A stretch of 64,000 nt of DNA, from assembly GCA_964035545.1 (NCBI GenBank), contig OZ037765.1:20274995-20338994 (forward strand). Direction: 5' to 3'. The notes beneath the pieces were generated by a model. That model was not told the DNA's origin. It did not search any database and worked only from the letters and a program-made list of their open reading frames with translations. Source of the DNA: Bugula neritina. Lineage: Eukaryota; Animalia; Bryozoa. The translations under genes and the position numbers were made by a program. Below are positions 24,901-39,900 of the stretch, piece after piece (position 1 is the stretch's first letter; every line of letters starts with the position of its first letter).

Positions 24901-27900
24901 CAACAATTAGATGAGTTTTCTGGTTTCAGGTCGACACGTATGAGAAGATATATGAAGAAGTTGAGGAAATTCAAGGCGTGCATATCTTTGAGAACTGGTT
25001 CAGAGTTGATGCTAATCCATTCAAACAGGCTCTTCTGAATATCATCAAGAGATGGAGTTTCATGTTCAAACAGCACTTGATTGATCATGTGACCAACAGG
25101 TATAACGATTATCCAATCAACAAAGCACCTTCAGAAATTTATCTAAAGCTTAATTTAAATAGTTTTTTCTGCAGCAAAGCATTGTTATTTCACAACTCGT
25201 TGAATGTAAATCGTGTTTTTCAGTTTCTCTCTACCAGGTTTATATGTTGAGTATGAGCTGATGCAATATTCTCTACTGTTACAGCCTCAAGGAACTGAGT
25301 GCCTTCATAAAGACCACAGACTCAGGCTTGCAGATGGAAGTAGTGGACGGTGACTACAATGGCCTAGTCAACTGCATGGGTCATCTGATAGCCGTGAGAG
25401 ACCGACAGACAGCTACTGATGAGATGTTTGAACCTCTTAAAGAAACTATTGAACTGCTTAAAACCTACAACCAGGAAATGCCAGAAGAGGTAAAGTTCCT
25501 CACAGTTTTTATTTGCCACAGAAGTAGAATATGCTTTTGCATATCTATGTGTATTGGGCAGAAGTTTTACAGCATGTACTTTATATTCGTTTTTATTTAG
25601 TCAACATCTTTAGCTATAATGTTATTTTTAATAAATCTTTCATAGAGCTCTGAAAAAATTTAGGGTTGTCATTTCAATTGGTGATCAGACCTATGATGCA
25701 TTTATTGAATTTTTACTTTTTTTGGTTGGTTGAGTTTATTAGTCAACCTGTTAGACATTCAGATGGCTGTTTGCCATATCTACATTAAAAATTAATAGAA
25801 AGACTCTTGCTAAATGCCTGCACCTAGAAAGTTATACAGTTGGATCATTATACAGTCTAAGGAAAACCTAGGGTCACACCACATCTTGAAATCTTACAGG
25901 TGCATCAGCAACTGCAAGAGTTACCTGAACAGTGGAACAACACCAAGAAGATTGCCATCACAATCAAACAACAAGTGGCACCACTGCAAACCAATGAGGT
26001 GGCTAACATACGCCGTAAAACAGCTAGCTTTGACGTGTCACAGCATCAGTTCAGAGAGACCTTCCGCGGCATTGGACCATTCTTCTACGAGTGTCCCAAT
26101 GCTTATGAGGAGCTGGACAGTCAGCATATCACCATTCATTCAATGGAGAAGAACATGAAGGCACTGAATGAAAGTGCCTCTCTGTTCGAGGTCAGTAACA
26201 GTTAGCCACACTAAGGTCTTCTCAGTTTGACGCGCAAATAACAAAGATTAGAGCAGATACTTTCCTTGGCCATAATTTTTGCTTTAAAATACAAATGTTT
26301 CTTTTCAAATAAAAGTACTGTAAGCGTAACAAATTCAATTTTAAATAAAATCGCCTTTGAAAGTATTTTTGTAAATCAAATTAGTTACTTGTATTTGCTT
26401 TAAAGATAATCGTTTGAATGGTTTGCAAACTAGTAATATTTAGAAAAAAATTTATACTTGAATATTTTATTTAAAAAGTTGATTTATTTTCAATTTTCTA
26501 TTTTCTAGGTTGAGGTAAGAAAATAATATTAGCTCTATTCACAATTTAGTTTAGTTTATTATTTGTTACACAGTGTTAGACTATATTTTTTAGTCAACTT
26601 TATATTATAATTAATATATATTTGGCTAGAAATATTTCTTCTGTTCTTGCTCAAATCACCTTAACAGTATCTCTCCTCTACACAACTGCTAGTTATATTT
26701 ACACTTCTTCAGTAAAGACTAGTGTCAGTTGTGTAATAGTGTAAGAGAAAGGTTTTTTTATTTAGCGTGTTATTTGAACACTATGTTTATCAATGTTTGT
26801 AACAAACAATACGTACATATTGAGTGGAAGTTATAAAGACAACTTTCATGACAATACCAAGTTGAAAATTGTAGCTGTAGTTTAAAGTAAACTCATTTCT
26901 AGTAATTCAATCGAAAAAAGATTTTCATAAGCAAAGTTTCCAATGTATATATTCGAATCGGAAATAAGTTCAAGTCTTTAAACCTCTTTTTATATAACTT
27001 GTATGCTAAATGAATCATTTTATGTTTTATTGTAGGTTAATGTGCCAGACTTCAAGCAGCTGAAGGCTTGTCGAAAGGAAGTGAAGATGTTGAAGGTGTT
27101 GTGGGATTACGTGTACTTGGTCAGAACTTCTATTGATGACTGGAAGACCACCAAATGGGAGTCCATTAATGTGGAGCAGATGGACATGGATTGCAAGAAA
27201 TTTGCTAAGGTAAGATAACTCTAAGGTATTGAAGCTTTCTCTGAATAATTCAATTATTTTGATTACAACTGCTACAATATTATAAAAAATACTAAAAATG
27301 GAGCATTTGTACAATAAAGTAAAACCTATACATGAAAAAATATATATATTTGTATGTTTAACCATCTACAGAAATTTTTGAGCTTTGAACTAATGTGGGA
27401 CAAGGCATGATGTGTAAATTGATTATTCTACATTGTTTTTATACTATGTTCTTGTAGGACATCAGATCTCTAGATAAAGAGATGAGAGCCTGGGACACCT
27501 ACACAGGTGTGGAGAATGTAGTGAAGAATATGATCACGTCCCTCAGAGCTGTGGCTGAGCTGCAGAACCCAGCTATCAGAGACAGACATTGGCAGCAATT
27601 GATGCAGGCCACTGGTGTCAAGTTCACTATGGATGAAACCACCACTCTTAGTGACTTGCTGTCTCTTAACCTTCACGAGTTTGAGGATGAGGTGTGTGTT
27701 TATTCATTTTGTACTAATTGCATACGTGTTATCATGTTATTGAAATAATTGATTTAGTTTATATTTATTGTTTTTATTATGAACTCGAGTGGTGAGGATT
27801 CCCAAGGAGAAAGGCTGAATCAGTTTACTGAACAATTTTATTCTTAGCCTGATATGCTTTTTATATCCTCTTTAAATTTATTTTTGAAATATTTAGAGCA

Positions 27901-30900
27901 TTACAACAATATTTTCAAACTCACTATCAACAGGTTAAATGAAGTTGAATGAACAAGCTGGTTGCTTACAGAAACAGCTGAGTTTACAAATCTGTATATA
28001 AATGATTAGATCATTACTGGGGAAGAAAATCGTAAATTCAAGTGACATTGAAATGTGATGATGAAGGCTTATATCAAAGGCTGTGTTGATATACTTGTGG
28101 CATTGTAGGTGAGAGGCATTGTGGATAAAGCCGTTAAAGAAATGGGTATGGAGAAGGTGCTGAGAGAGTTGGACGTCACGTGGGCTAGCATGGAGTTTGA
28201 TCATAACCCCCACCCCCGTACTAAGATTACTTTACTGGGAGCTTCTGAAGAACTCATTGAGACCCTTGAGGACAACCAAGTACAGCTACAGAACATGTTG
28301 ACCTCTAAATATATCGCCTTCTTCCAGGAGCAGGTCTCTAGCTGGCAGAAAAAGCTCAGCAATGCTGATCAGGTACATGGCGTGTTGTACTTGGGAATAT
28401 GTTGTACCAATATTCTTGTTAATAACTTCTAGTTAGTCTAGTCAAAGAAATTATAAGCTAGTCCGATAATTCTTTGTTCACATATTAGGTTGTTTGTTGA
28501 CTAGATTTTGAGGCATTCGATATTTTTTTCATGTGTTCAAGTTATGACAGTGTCAATTTTTTAATTATATATCATTGCTCTACTTTAGTATTTTGTAAAA
28601 AGGTATTTCTAAAACTAAAATAATCTTGTTGGGAGACTAGTATAACTTTTCAAGCTCAGCCAAAAATTTATGTAGACTTCTTAGACTACATGTTTATAAA
28701 ATAGTCCTAAAATAGTGACAAAATAAGCTTCGTTTGCGCCAGGCAATGATTTGCAGAATGAAAGTTTTAGTACGAGTCCATTTTTACCTGTTTACTTGTC
28801 ATGTTTTATGTGTTGGCTATCAGTTTGTGTATTGGAATTACAGGTCATCACCATCTGGTTTGAAGTGCAAAGAACTTGGTCTCATCTTGAGAGCATCTTT
28901 ATTGGCTCAGAAGACATCAGAAAGCAGCTGCCTGAAGATTCAGCAAGATTTGATCAGATTGACTCTGACTTCAAGGTATTGTTCACAAGTTTTTATTTTC
29001 ATTTTGAATTTTGCAAGGTAATCCAGGTGTTTTTTGCTTTATAAACTTTTTGATGCCTATATAAAACTGTTAATATTATTGATAGTGTTTAGTGTGATAA
29101 TTTCTAATGTTGGTTTGACCTTGTAGGCTCTAGTGTCAGAGGTAGAAGTCACTAAGAACGTGGTGGATGCAACTAACAGGCCAAACCTGTTCCAACGGCT
29201 GGAAGCCCTACAAGGAAATTTGAGTCTGTGTGAAAAAGCACTCGCAGAGTATCTCGAGACTAAACGTCTTGCCTTCCCCAGATTCTACTTCGTGTCTTCT
29301 GCTGATTTACTGGATATTCTATCCAACGGCAATAACCCTGTGATTGTAAGTTGAACATTCGTTTTATCAACAAAGTTATTATGTAAGTTATGATTATTTC
29401 AGCAATTTTTATGTAATGACACCTATTCATGAACATAAATGTTGGCACATTTGTGTTATGAATCTATATTATACGTGAAAATGCATCATAAAAGTATTGG
29501 TTACGTCATAACTTTCTAAATTGCACTGCAAACATCTGTATGTCGAGTAATCAGTGAATCTACAGTACAATAAGTTATAGTATTTATTGAATTAAACTTA
29601 GCCACTGTTTTATATTTTGTACAATGATTTGTGCATGCTCAAGCTAAACTTACCCATGTTGATTTCCAGGTGGCCAGACATCTTACCAAACTGTTTGACT
29701 GCATGGCAGCCTTGGAGTTTGAGACGGACGACAAAGGAGAGGTGTGCAGTAAGAACGCCACCGACATGTACAGTAAAGATGGGGAGAAGGTAAACTTAGC
29801 CTACGCCTGTGACTGTGACGGACAAGTGGAGGTCTGGCTGAACAGACTACTGGATGACATGGTGGAGTCTGTAAGGAAGGAGTTCACTGAAGCTGTAGTG
29901 GCCTATGAAGAGAAACCTAGAGATCAGTGGCTGTTTGATTTCCCCGCACAGGTGACTCATAAATATTATTTCTAAGTTTATTATTACCTGAATTTTAGTA
30001 TTATATAAATTTATTACTTTATCAACATTGATGCGCATATTTCATGTTTACTATATCATAAATCTTATTATATATGAATAACAAATTAATAAATAATTGT
30101 TTGTCAACATATTTTATATTTATTATTGCATAAATCTTATTATATGAGTAATAAATAAATAAACCATTGCTATATCAACATATTTTATGTTGCCTTGCAG
30201 GTTGCACTCTGCGGCACTCAGATCTGGTGGACAACAGAAGTGAACATTGCCTTTGCTCGTCTGGAGGAAGGCTATGAGAATGCGTTGAAAGACTACAACA
30301 AGAAGCAGATCCAGCAGCTCAACCAGCTCATCAGCATGTTAATCAACAAGCTGTCTAAGGGAGACCGTCAGAAGATTATGACAATCTGCACCATTGATGT
30401 GCACGCCAGAGACGTGGTAGCTAAGATGATCACTCACAAGGTACTAACTGCTATGTTACGTAATCAACTGCTTTGTTTTTAGTCTGTCTCAATTGTGAGT
30501 AAACTATATAATATGTTTTTTGTAGTAGTTTCCAATTTTCTAAAACTTTTACTCATGTAGTTTGTTATTGATTTAGTGAATGACTTGGCTTTGTTAGTTA
30601 TAAAATCAACTCACTCAATTTGTAGTAAATTTATTTATACACTGTTAACAGTGCACACAACTCCAATTGAGTTCTCAATTACATTTGAGTTGCATGTAGT
30701 GCAAATTAAGTCATATTGATTAATTTATTTAATTCAAATTAATTAGTTTCTCAAAGCATAGTCTCATACAGTACACCAGGTTCTGTGTGTTTAGGTTGAC
30801 TCTTCAGCCCACTTCATGTGGCTGTCTCAGCTGAGACACAGGTGGGACGAGTCCATTAGAGAATGCTTTGCCAACATCTGTGATGCCCAGTTCAAGTATT

Positions 30901-33900
30901 CCTATGAGTATCTCGGAAACACGGCTAGACTTGTCATCACCCCCCTCACTGATAGGTGCTACATCACACTCACTCAGTCTCTCCATCTCACCATGAGTGG
31001 TGCTCCAGCTGGACCTGCTGGAACAGGCAAGACAGAAACAACTAAAGATCTTGGCAGAGCTTTGGGTATTATGGTGTATGTGTTCAACTGTTCCGAACAG
31101 ATGGACTACAAGGTAATTAGCCTCAAGTGCCTCTCAATAAATAGTCCACTTCTAAATATTTTATATTACATACCTCAAGTGCCTGTCCATAAATACTCTA
31201 TTTTTACCCAGCATTTTGTTACTGTTTTTAAACATAGCATAAATACTTCTTTCTGATTGTTTTAAAATCTGAAAACAAACTTATGGTTTGAAACATTAAC
31301 AAGATATCTTTTGATAAATACAAATAAATGAGTAAAAAAAAAAAAAAATTGTACTGTTTTTCCTAGTCAATTGGAAACATTTACAAAGGATTGGCGCAGT
31401 CTGGTGCCTGGGGTTGTTTTGATGAGTTCAACCGAATCTCTGTGGAGGTTCTCTCCGTAGTGGCTGTGCAGGTCAAAAGTATTCAAGATGCTATCAGAGA
31501 CAAGAAGAAGCGATTCAACTTCCTTGGAGAAGACATCAAGCTGCTTGACACTGTTGGTATCTTCATCACCATGAACCCAGGTAACAATTTGTTTACCTGT
31601 GTAACTTGGCAAATAGTTTTATTTGAGCAAAACATGATACATAATTAGCTTGAGTTGTATATTTATTTATTTATATACAAGTTAAATGAAATGCTAGGGT
31701 AATTTTTATACTCACTGTTATTGTGAATATTACCCTGAACTATCAAAATGATTAACAAACATGATTCATTTAAATGGATAATCTATGAGTCGTAGTATTT
31801 TAGTCATATAGTATACAAATCATATTTTGTTATTTAGGGTATGCTGGCAGAGCTGAGCTACCGGAGAATCTGAAAGCACTTTTCAGACCATGTGCTATGG
31901 TTGTACCTGACTTTGAGCTGATTTGTGAGATTATGTTGGTGGCAGAAGGATTCCTCGATGCCCGTCTGCTGGCCAGGAAGTTCATTACTCTGTACACACT
32001 ATGCAGAGAGTTACTGTCCAAACAGGACCACTATGACTGGGGTTTGAGAGCCATCAAGTCTGTACTGGTGGTAGCTGGTGCCCTGAAGAGAAGTGATCCG
32101 GATAGACCGGAGGACCAGGTGATGTTTTGATCTGCTTGACATAACTTTAGGTTCTAGTCACTAGTGAAATTTTCCATCTTTATCAAGCGTAAGTGTATAA
32201 TATATGAATATGTTACGCTAAGTAAAGGAGAGGTAAGTGCAGTAATTGAAAAGTCAAGAAAAGCATGTGTTCTAGATTAGAAATGTAGCAAAAAAGTTAG
32301 GTTTTTGCAAGAATTTCTACCTGTGTCCCAAACCAAAATTTATTAAGAAAATCAAAGAACTTATGCTATTAAAATTTCTTTACTACTGCATATAAATGAA
32401 GTATGAAGGTGTGAGAGTCAAAGTATTTATAATATAAGCTGAGCATGCATTGTATGTTTGTAGGTGTTGATGAGAGCTTTGCGTGATTTCAACACTCCCA
32501 AGATTGTGACTGATGATGTGCCCATCTTCATGGGTCTGATTGGTGACCTCTTCCCCGCTCTTGATGTGCCGCGTAAGAGAAACCTTGAATTTGAGAAGGA
32601 GCTGAGAAACGGTGCCTTGGCACTTAAACTACAACCAGAGGAAGGCTTTATTCTCAAAGTTGTTCAGCTACAGGAGTTATTTGAGGTAAATCTACACTAT
32701 TTTCATATTTTTGTAATTTCAACTATTCTTTTATTTTTCATAAGTGTTTATCAGCACATGCAACATTTAGTTTTATATCTTGCCCCATGCTTTTTAAATG
32801 TTCATGTAACACCTCTTAGTCAGTTTTTATAAGATTTAAAAAATATTTACTGCAAAAATACGTAGTCTAATGCTTTGAATGTGTATATTTTATTTTTTGT
32901 GTATGTTACTGCCACTCATTATTTAAAACTGCTTGCTACTTCTTATCACAGGTGCGTCACTCTGTCTTTATTATTGGAAATGCTGGAACAGGAAAGTCTA
33001 TGGTCTGGAAAACTCTCAACAAAACCTATCAGATGCAGAAAGTGAAACCAATAGCGCAAGATCTCAACCCCAAGGCTGTCACTAATGATGAGCTTTTTGG
33101 TATGATATTCTCAGCTTAAACAGCAATACAGTTGTGTACTCATTTTTTGTTGAGTCTATTACAAGAATGGAAAGTCAAAATTATATTTCTTATTATCAGT
33201 ATATAACTTGATAAAGATTGAATATTGGTTTGTTAAGTTATATTCAAGAACACTTTTTTAAACGAGTTGAATTTTTAAAAATAAGAACTATAAAAACTTT
33301 TTTCTCAAATTTTTTTTTTTCAAGTTGTCTATATTCTAGTGATGATATAAACTGATTATTTCAGGAATCATCAACCCGTCTACCCGAGAGTGGAAGGATG
33401 GATTGTTTTCTGTAATTATGAGAGATCTGGCCAACATCACTCACGATGGACCCAAGTGGATTGTATTGGATGGTGATATTGATCCTATGTGGATTGAGTC
33501 ACTTAACACTGTCATGGATGACAACAAGGTAATATAACAAATGGCTCATCTCAAAATAATTAGTACAGTGCAAAATAAGGACAGGTTTTCAAAAATGATG
33601 TTGTCTAGCTCTCTGATGCTTCAAATATGTGAACTCACTGTGTCCCAGAATAAAAAACATTTTAATTTATTATAAAATTAGTATATTTAAGCTATATTAT
33701 GCATTTTTTATTGAAAAAATGACAAGTTTTTAAATTTTACCCACTGAAAAATAAATTCAGTGGGTAACACATTTCAACTTTGACATAGCATAATTTTTTT
33801 ATAAACATATATTATGATTATATTTTTTTCCTTAAACTGTTCTAAAAAAGCTTGTCAATCTCTTGGTGTGCTGAATGTCTAATTCCTAGCGGTACAAGTT

Positions 33901-36900
33901 TAGATATTCCTGTTTTAGTGTTTCAACCTCACGAATTTTTTGTCCGCAACAATTGTCCGTAAATTGAGTATGAGCACGTGAGAACGAAATTGCTAACGCT
34001 TTCTGTTTACACTCTCAAATAAATTAGTTAAATTTCATTATTTTGCTCAAACTTATTTTTTACAACGATAAATATATTTTCATCTTGTTTGTTCGTAAGT
34101 ATAAAATAATTACACAGTAATCTAATTCTGTTTTCATAAATAAAGTCATCTTGAAACCTCTAGAATTTAGAGTATAGTAGCGCATCCGGTTTGTTGCCAA
34201 GAAAATGATCTGATGGCATAGCGGTTTAGTTTTCATTTATTTCGTCAGGTTAGTATTCATTGTATTTTTCCAAACTTCTCATAACTTTTTATATTTATCA
34301 AACAATATAACTTTCAGTCAATTTTTCTCTAAGGCTTCATTCTTTTGTTTTATCAATTCTTACAATGATAATCCCAATCATAACGATAACGAGTAACTCT
34401 TTAAGTTTATCATAACATTTCTATTATTAATAATTTAAAATTAATGATAATTGGGAAATAAGAACTAAATAACTAAGTAAATAACTTTTTAATGCATTAA
34501 GTTTAAATTGCACTTGCGTATTTAGACTTTAGTTTTGAATTGCCATAATTTATATTCAACTAAAACTTTTATTGCCGCGATCAGCAACTTAAAATTCAAA
34601 TTGAAATTGTAGCCATTCACCATTTAATGATTCATTTTGAATTCAATAGTCAATACTGAATATTGTAAACTGCGATGTGTAAATTCAAACTGTAAGTGTA
34701 ATGATATTGAACTCAATATGATATTACCAATACTAATACTATTACTATTAGTAGGCCCATTACTTTTCTTAATAACATAAGCATTAAGTGATTACTCTTA
34801 CTCTTACTACTCTCACTCTGAGTGCTTGATCCCTGCTTATTGGCATTTTTTATAGTTTGCACTTGATAAATTTAATTTAATTAGAAATTTAAGAATAAGT
34901 TGCTTTAATAATAATATGTTAATATATCTACTTAGTACATAATAGTGATTTGGATTAGCTCCTTAGGTTTAAGTTGAATGAGTAAGTTATACTACGGACA
35001 TGTACGCTACGGGTACTTAAGCAAATTAATCATTGCTAACAACTTGTCAATAGTGTAATAGCTTGTAACGTGCTAATAGTCAATTTAAATACAACTTTAT
35101 TCTGAAGGCTAGCTCTTGTTTTGCAACTATTTAGTTTCATTATCTTATTCATTAAGTTATTAATAGCCAATAACTTAGATTATAGCTAACCCTCATCTTC
35201 TAAGCATTAGTCTCAATAGCTTACCAAACTAAAAAACTCATATATTTTAGTTTTTATATTGTATAGAATAGTTTCATGCCTTTCAAGACCAGGCAACAGT
35301 CCACTGCTAGGAGCCATGCTTCATCAGAAAAAAGCAGTGGTCTGAAGAGCAGCAAGAGAGAAGGAAGCAACAACTGAGGGGTATGTCAACATCTGAACAA
35401 GTATAGACAAATTGAAAGTTCAGAAGAGCGATTAAAATAAAAATCATACTTGAAATATACAGCTTAATTAAGTTTAGATGAATCTTACGATGAAGCCAGT
35501 ACAATAGAAATGTAGACTAAACAATCTACTCCTACAACTAGCAAAATATTGAGAGGGCTGCAATAACATCAGCTCAAGCTCACATGGTTTCTGCAACTGC
35601 TACTTGTGAAATAATGATGAAAGTTTAAATGTGTACATCAACATTAGCAAACATTCTATAATTTGTCTTACTGTTTTTTGTAGGAGGAGATGTGAGTGTA
35701 GATAAGTTAGAAGGAAGTGTGTTAGTGAATATGTATTTCATGGTTTGTTGACAATATTTTATGTTTTGTGCATGCATTTTGTTTGTGTGAATGTCTTGTA
35801 CTCGATATAATAGGACTACTGGTGAACTGTCAATTTATACAAAAAACTAACAAGCTATTAGCCTACCTCATAAGTGGTTTGGAAAGGCACCTGCTGTATG
35901 CATATGCTGTCAATTTTAAAAGTTTAGTCTGTAGAAAATTATTTTCCAAAATAAAGTCATTCTGTTTAAAACCAATCATAAAACTTTTGTCTCTTTATGC
36001 TGCAATATTTTTAATAAATTTTTTTTGGTGTTCACTTTATAGAGCCAAAGGTATAAATATGTCTATCACAGATAAAAACTAGTATTATTTTTGAATTCAG
36101 AGCCCTTATATTAGTCTAAAACCATGTTTTGCTTATTAAAATATAAACATTCATATTTCACCATTTTTTTGGACTGCGGACTTTTGAGAGGTTAAAGGTC
36201 AAGTTTAAGCACCTATGGCAATAAAATAATCTCATATTTGAATTCAGCACCTAATAATTACCCGTATCACAAAGTTTGAGCTTTCTACTACAAGTTTTAT
36301 TTTTTGAAAAAAATTTTCTGTGTGTACTAAATATTTTGAGATGGGCCAAATAAGTAGTGGCTATTCATTTCAAATATAGACAGCACTCTCTTCTGTTACT
36401 GTATAAACAGTGTTGGTGCAATCTATATACTACTGAAGAAGTAGTTTTCATTTTTAGTTATACAGTTTGCGAAGACTGGTTATTCAGGTTGGATATAGTT
36501 AGTTTTTACCTTTTAAATTTTTATAAATTGATAATTTTCCTGTCAGCAATCTGCCAATAAATTCTTCCAGGTGCTGACTCTGGCCTCAAATGAACGTATT
36601 CCTCTGACGCCATCCATGAGACTCCTTTTTGAGATTTCTCACCTCAAGACTGCTACTCCAGCCACTGTCTCCAGAGCTGGTATTCTCTACATCAACCCTC
36701 AAGATCTGGGGTGGAACCCGTAAGTCTAACCTGCAACTCCTTGCATCTATTTCAACTCCCTATTTCGGTGCTTGTGACATTCTTCTTTTTTACCATTAAT
36801 AAATAATTAAGTTTCCTCATTTTCAAATTTGAATTTAAGCTAAGAATATGGAGTGTTTTAAATATTTACTATGCATAGAGTAGAATATTATATTACTATT

Positions 36901-39900
36901 GCCAAGTTTTAGTGCAGCTTTTGTGTTAAATACCAGCATTGTGTAATAGTTCGACATGCTTCTCTTTAGGTATGTCAACTCCTGGATTGATACAAGAGAA
37001 GTTCAATCAGAGAAAGCCAACCTCACCATTCTCTTTGAGAAGTATGTGCCACCATGTCTTGACATCATGAAAGTCAGATTCAAGAAGATCACACCTATTG
37101 CTGAGATCTCTCACATCCAGACCTTGTGCTATCTCCTAGAGGTATGTTTCTCTGCACGATATTTCTCTTAATTATACATTAAATTTTTTCCACTACCCGA
37201 ACGGGACAAAGCGGATATAGGTGAGAAATTCTCTTAATTATACACTGTCATGACCTGATTATACTCATGTAATAATGGTTGGCCTAGAAGTGATAGAAAG
37301 TTGTAAGTCTAATGCTTTATAGAAGGAGTGTCGCAGCATTTTTTATGAACTCTAAGATAATGTGTTTTCTTTGTGTCGCTATAAAATCTAAGATAATGTG
37401 TTTGTGCTGTGCAGGTGATGCTGATACCAGAGAACACACCCCCTGACTGCCCCAAGGAGTTATATGAGCTCTACTTTGTCTTCTGCTGCGTCTGGGCATT
37501 TGGAGCCTGTCTCTTCCAGGACCAGCTGACTGACCACAGAGTTGACTTCACCAAGTGGTGGGCTAATGAGTTCAAGACTATCAAGTTCCCATCTGCCGGC
37601 ACTGTCTTTGACTACTACATTGACAACACGACTCACAAGTTCGAGTCGTGGACTAAACTCGTAACCAAGTTTGAGTTGGATCCTGATATACCACTGCAAG
37701 TGAGTTATTTGTTTATATGATGGTAGTGATTTCATGACTAACATAAGCACACTGCAAGCTAGTTATAATAAATACTAATGGGTTTTTACCTGCTAGGTTT
37801 TGTGCCTAGCTATAATTGCTATGAAAAATTAAATGTGAGACCCCCTTATGAATTTAATATATTTCTGTACCATGTGTTGATATGTGTTGCTTATGCAACT
37901 TTTTATGGACACAAATAATTTTCAAAGAATGATAAAATATTCCTGAATTAATATTAGAAAATATACTTATCGATTGTTATTGTCTGTTGGCAGTCTGCCC
38001 TAGTTCACACTGCTGAGACGACTAGAACCAAGTTCTTCATGGACCTGCTGATAGAGAAGAGAAGACCCGTGATGCTGGTTGGTAGTGCCGGTACAGGAAA
38101 GTCTGTACTGATGGGAGAGAAACTCAACACTCTTCCTGACACTTTCAACATCGCCAACGTTCCCTTCAACTTCTACACAACTTCTGGCATGTTGCAAAGT
38201 GTTCTAGAAAAACCTCTTGAGAAGAAGGCGGGAAGAAACTATGGACCTCCCGGCAACAAGAGACTCGTTTACTTTATTGACGATATGAACATGCCTGAGG
38301 TACTAGCCAGTTTAAACTTTCTTAAACCAAACGTGTGCCATCTTTATAAACCTAATGCAGTAACAAAATTGTATATATCCGATAACCAAAACGCTATTTT
38401 CATATTTTATTTGCTGTCTTTATTATTGCGTGAATGAAGGAATGGCTTATTATACATTCAGAGAATGAAATATTGTTTACTGAATGTATAGCTTCTTAAA
38501 TTCAGATACCTACAAGTTGAGTTTCAAGCGATTTGACCTGGTAGGTTAACTTGTGTCTTGCAGGTAGACAAGTACTTCACTGTACAGCCGCACACACTTA
38601 TCAGACAGCACCTGGACTACAGCCATTGGTATGACAGGCAGAAGTTATCTCTAAAAGATGTACACAACACTCAGTATGTCGCCTGCATGAACCCCACAGC
38701 TGGTTCATTCACCATCAACCCACGTCTGCAGAGACATTTCACCGTGTTTGCCCTCTCCTTCCCGGGCAGAGATGCTTTGGCCACTATCTATACCAGCATT
38801 CTTACTCAGGTCTGTTTTGCTAACTTTTGCTGATGGTATTTTGAGCCTCTTTGTCGTCTATCACAGTGGCTTCGCCTTGTACTTATTTAAAGTGGGTTTT
38901 AGTGTTAGCTAAAAGATGATTCAACTAATTTAAAACATAAAAGATTATTTTATTATTTATTCCAACAAATTCAAAATATAAACTTTCTGTCGATGAGCTG
39001 TGATGCAAATTAGTGAATAATATCGCTCTTGTTAGTAGAACTTAAAACTAATGGCCCTAATACTATTGACTGTTTATCATTTATAGCATTTGCAAGTGAG
39101 TGGCATGAATTCCCAAGTTGTGAAGTTTGCACCAAACCTTGTCAATGGTGCTCTAGACTTGCATTCAAAGATGTCATCGACTTTCTTACCTACCGCTATC
39201 AAATTCCACTACATCTTCAACTTGAGAGATCTCTCCAACATCTTCCAGGTGATTATGAATACGTAGTAGACAGAGTGTAGATATCATGTAATAATACCTT
39301 ATGACTTTGCTTAGGTTTACCGTACATAGTTGTATTTATTTTCTATAAATATATAGGGTGTGCTGTTCAGTACCCCGGAAAGCGTAAAAACAACGAATGA
39401 TCTGCTATCCCTCTGGCTACACGAAGCTAACAGAGTCTATGGAGACAAGATGGTGGAAACAGCCGACACTGAGCTCTACCACAAAGTTCAGAAGGATGTA
39501 TTCAAAAAGTCTTTTGAGGATATCGAGCCTGAGGATATTTTCAGCAAGAAACCTTTGATTTACTGTCACTTTGCAACTGGCAAGTTATTTAAAATTCAAC
39601 AATTGCTCTCACATCTCTCACCTAAAAAGCTGTAGTTATGCATGGGTAGCGGTGAAAATGTTAGACAATTATAATAACTGCAAAATATTTGTTGAGGCCA
39701 ACAAGACAGTAATTGATGGCGTTACTATATTTTATAGGTATTGGTGATCCAAAGTACATGCCGGTACCTGATTGGCCGTCTCTCAACAAGCTGCTATTGG
39801 AAGCCCTAGATAACTACAATGAGCTGAATGCTGCTATGAACCTTGTCCTCTTTGAAGATGCCATGGAGCACATTTGCCGAATTAGCAGAATCCTCGAGTC

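Noticed and set aside
30059-30190. Two ~70-bp imperfect direct repeats before a dynein acceptor (similar case at 37328-37405)
   Set aside because: Ordinary local intronic duplications with no sign of function.
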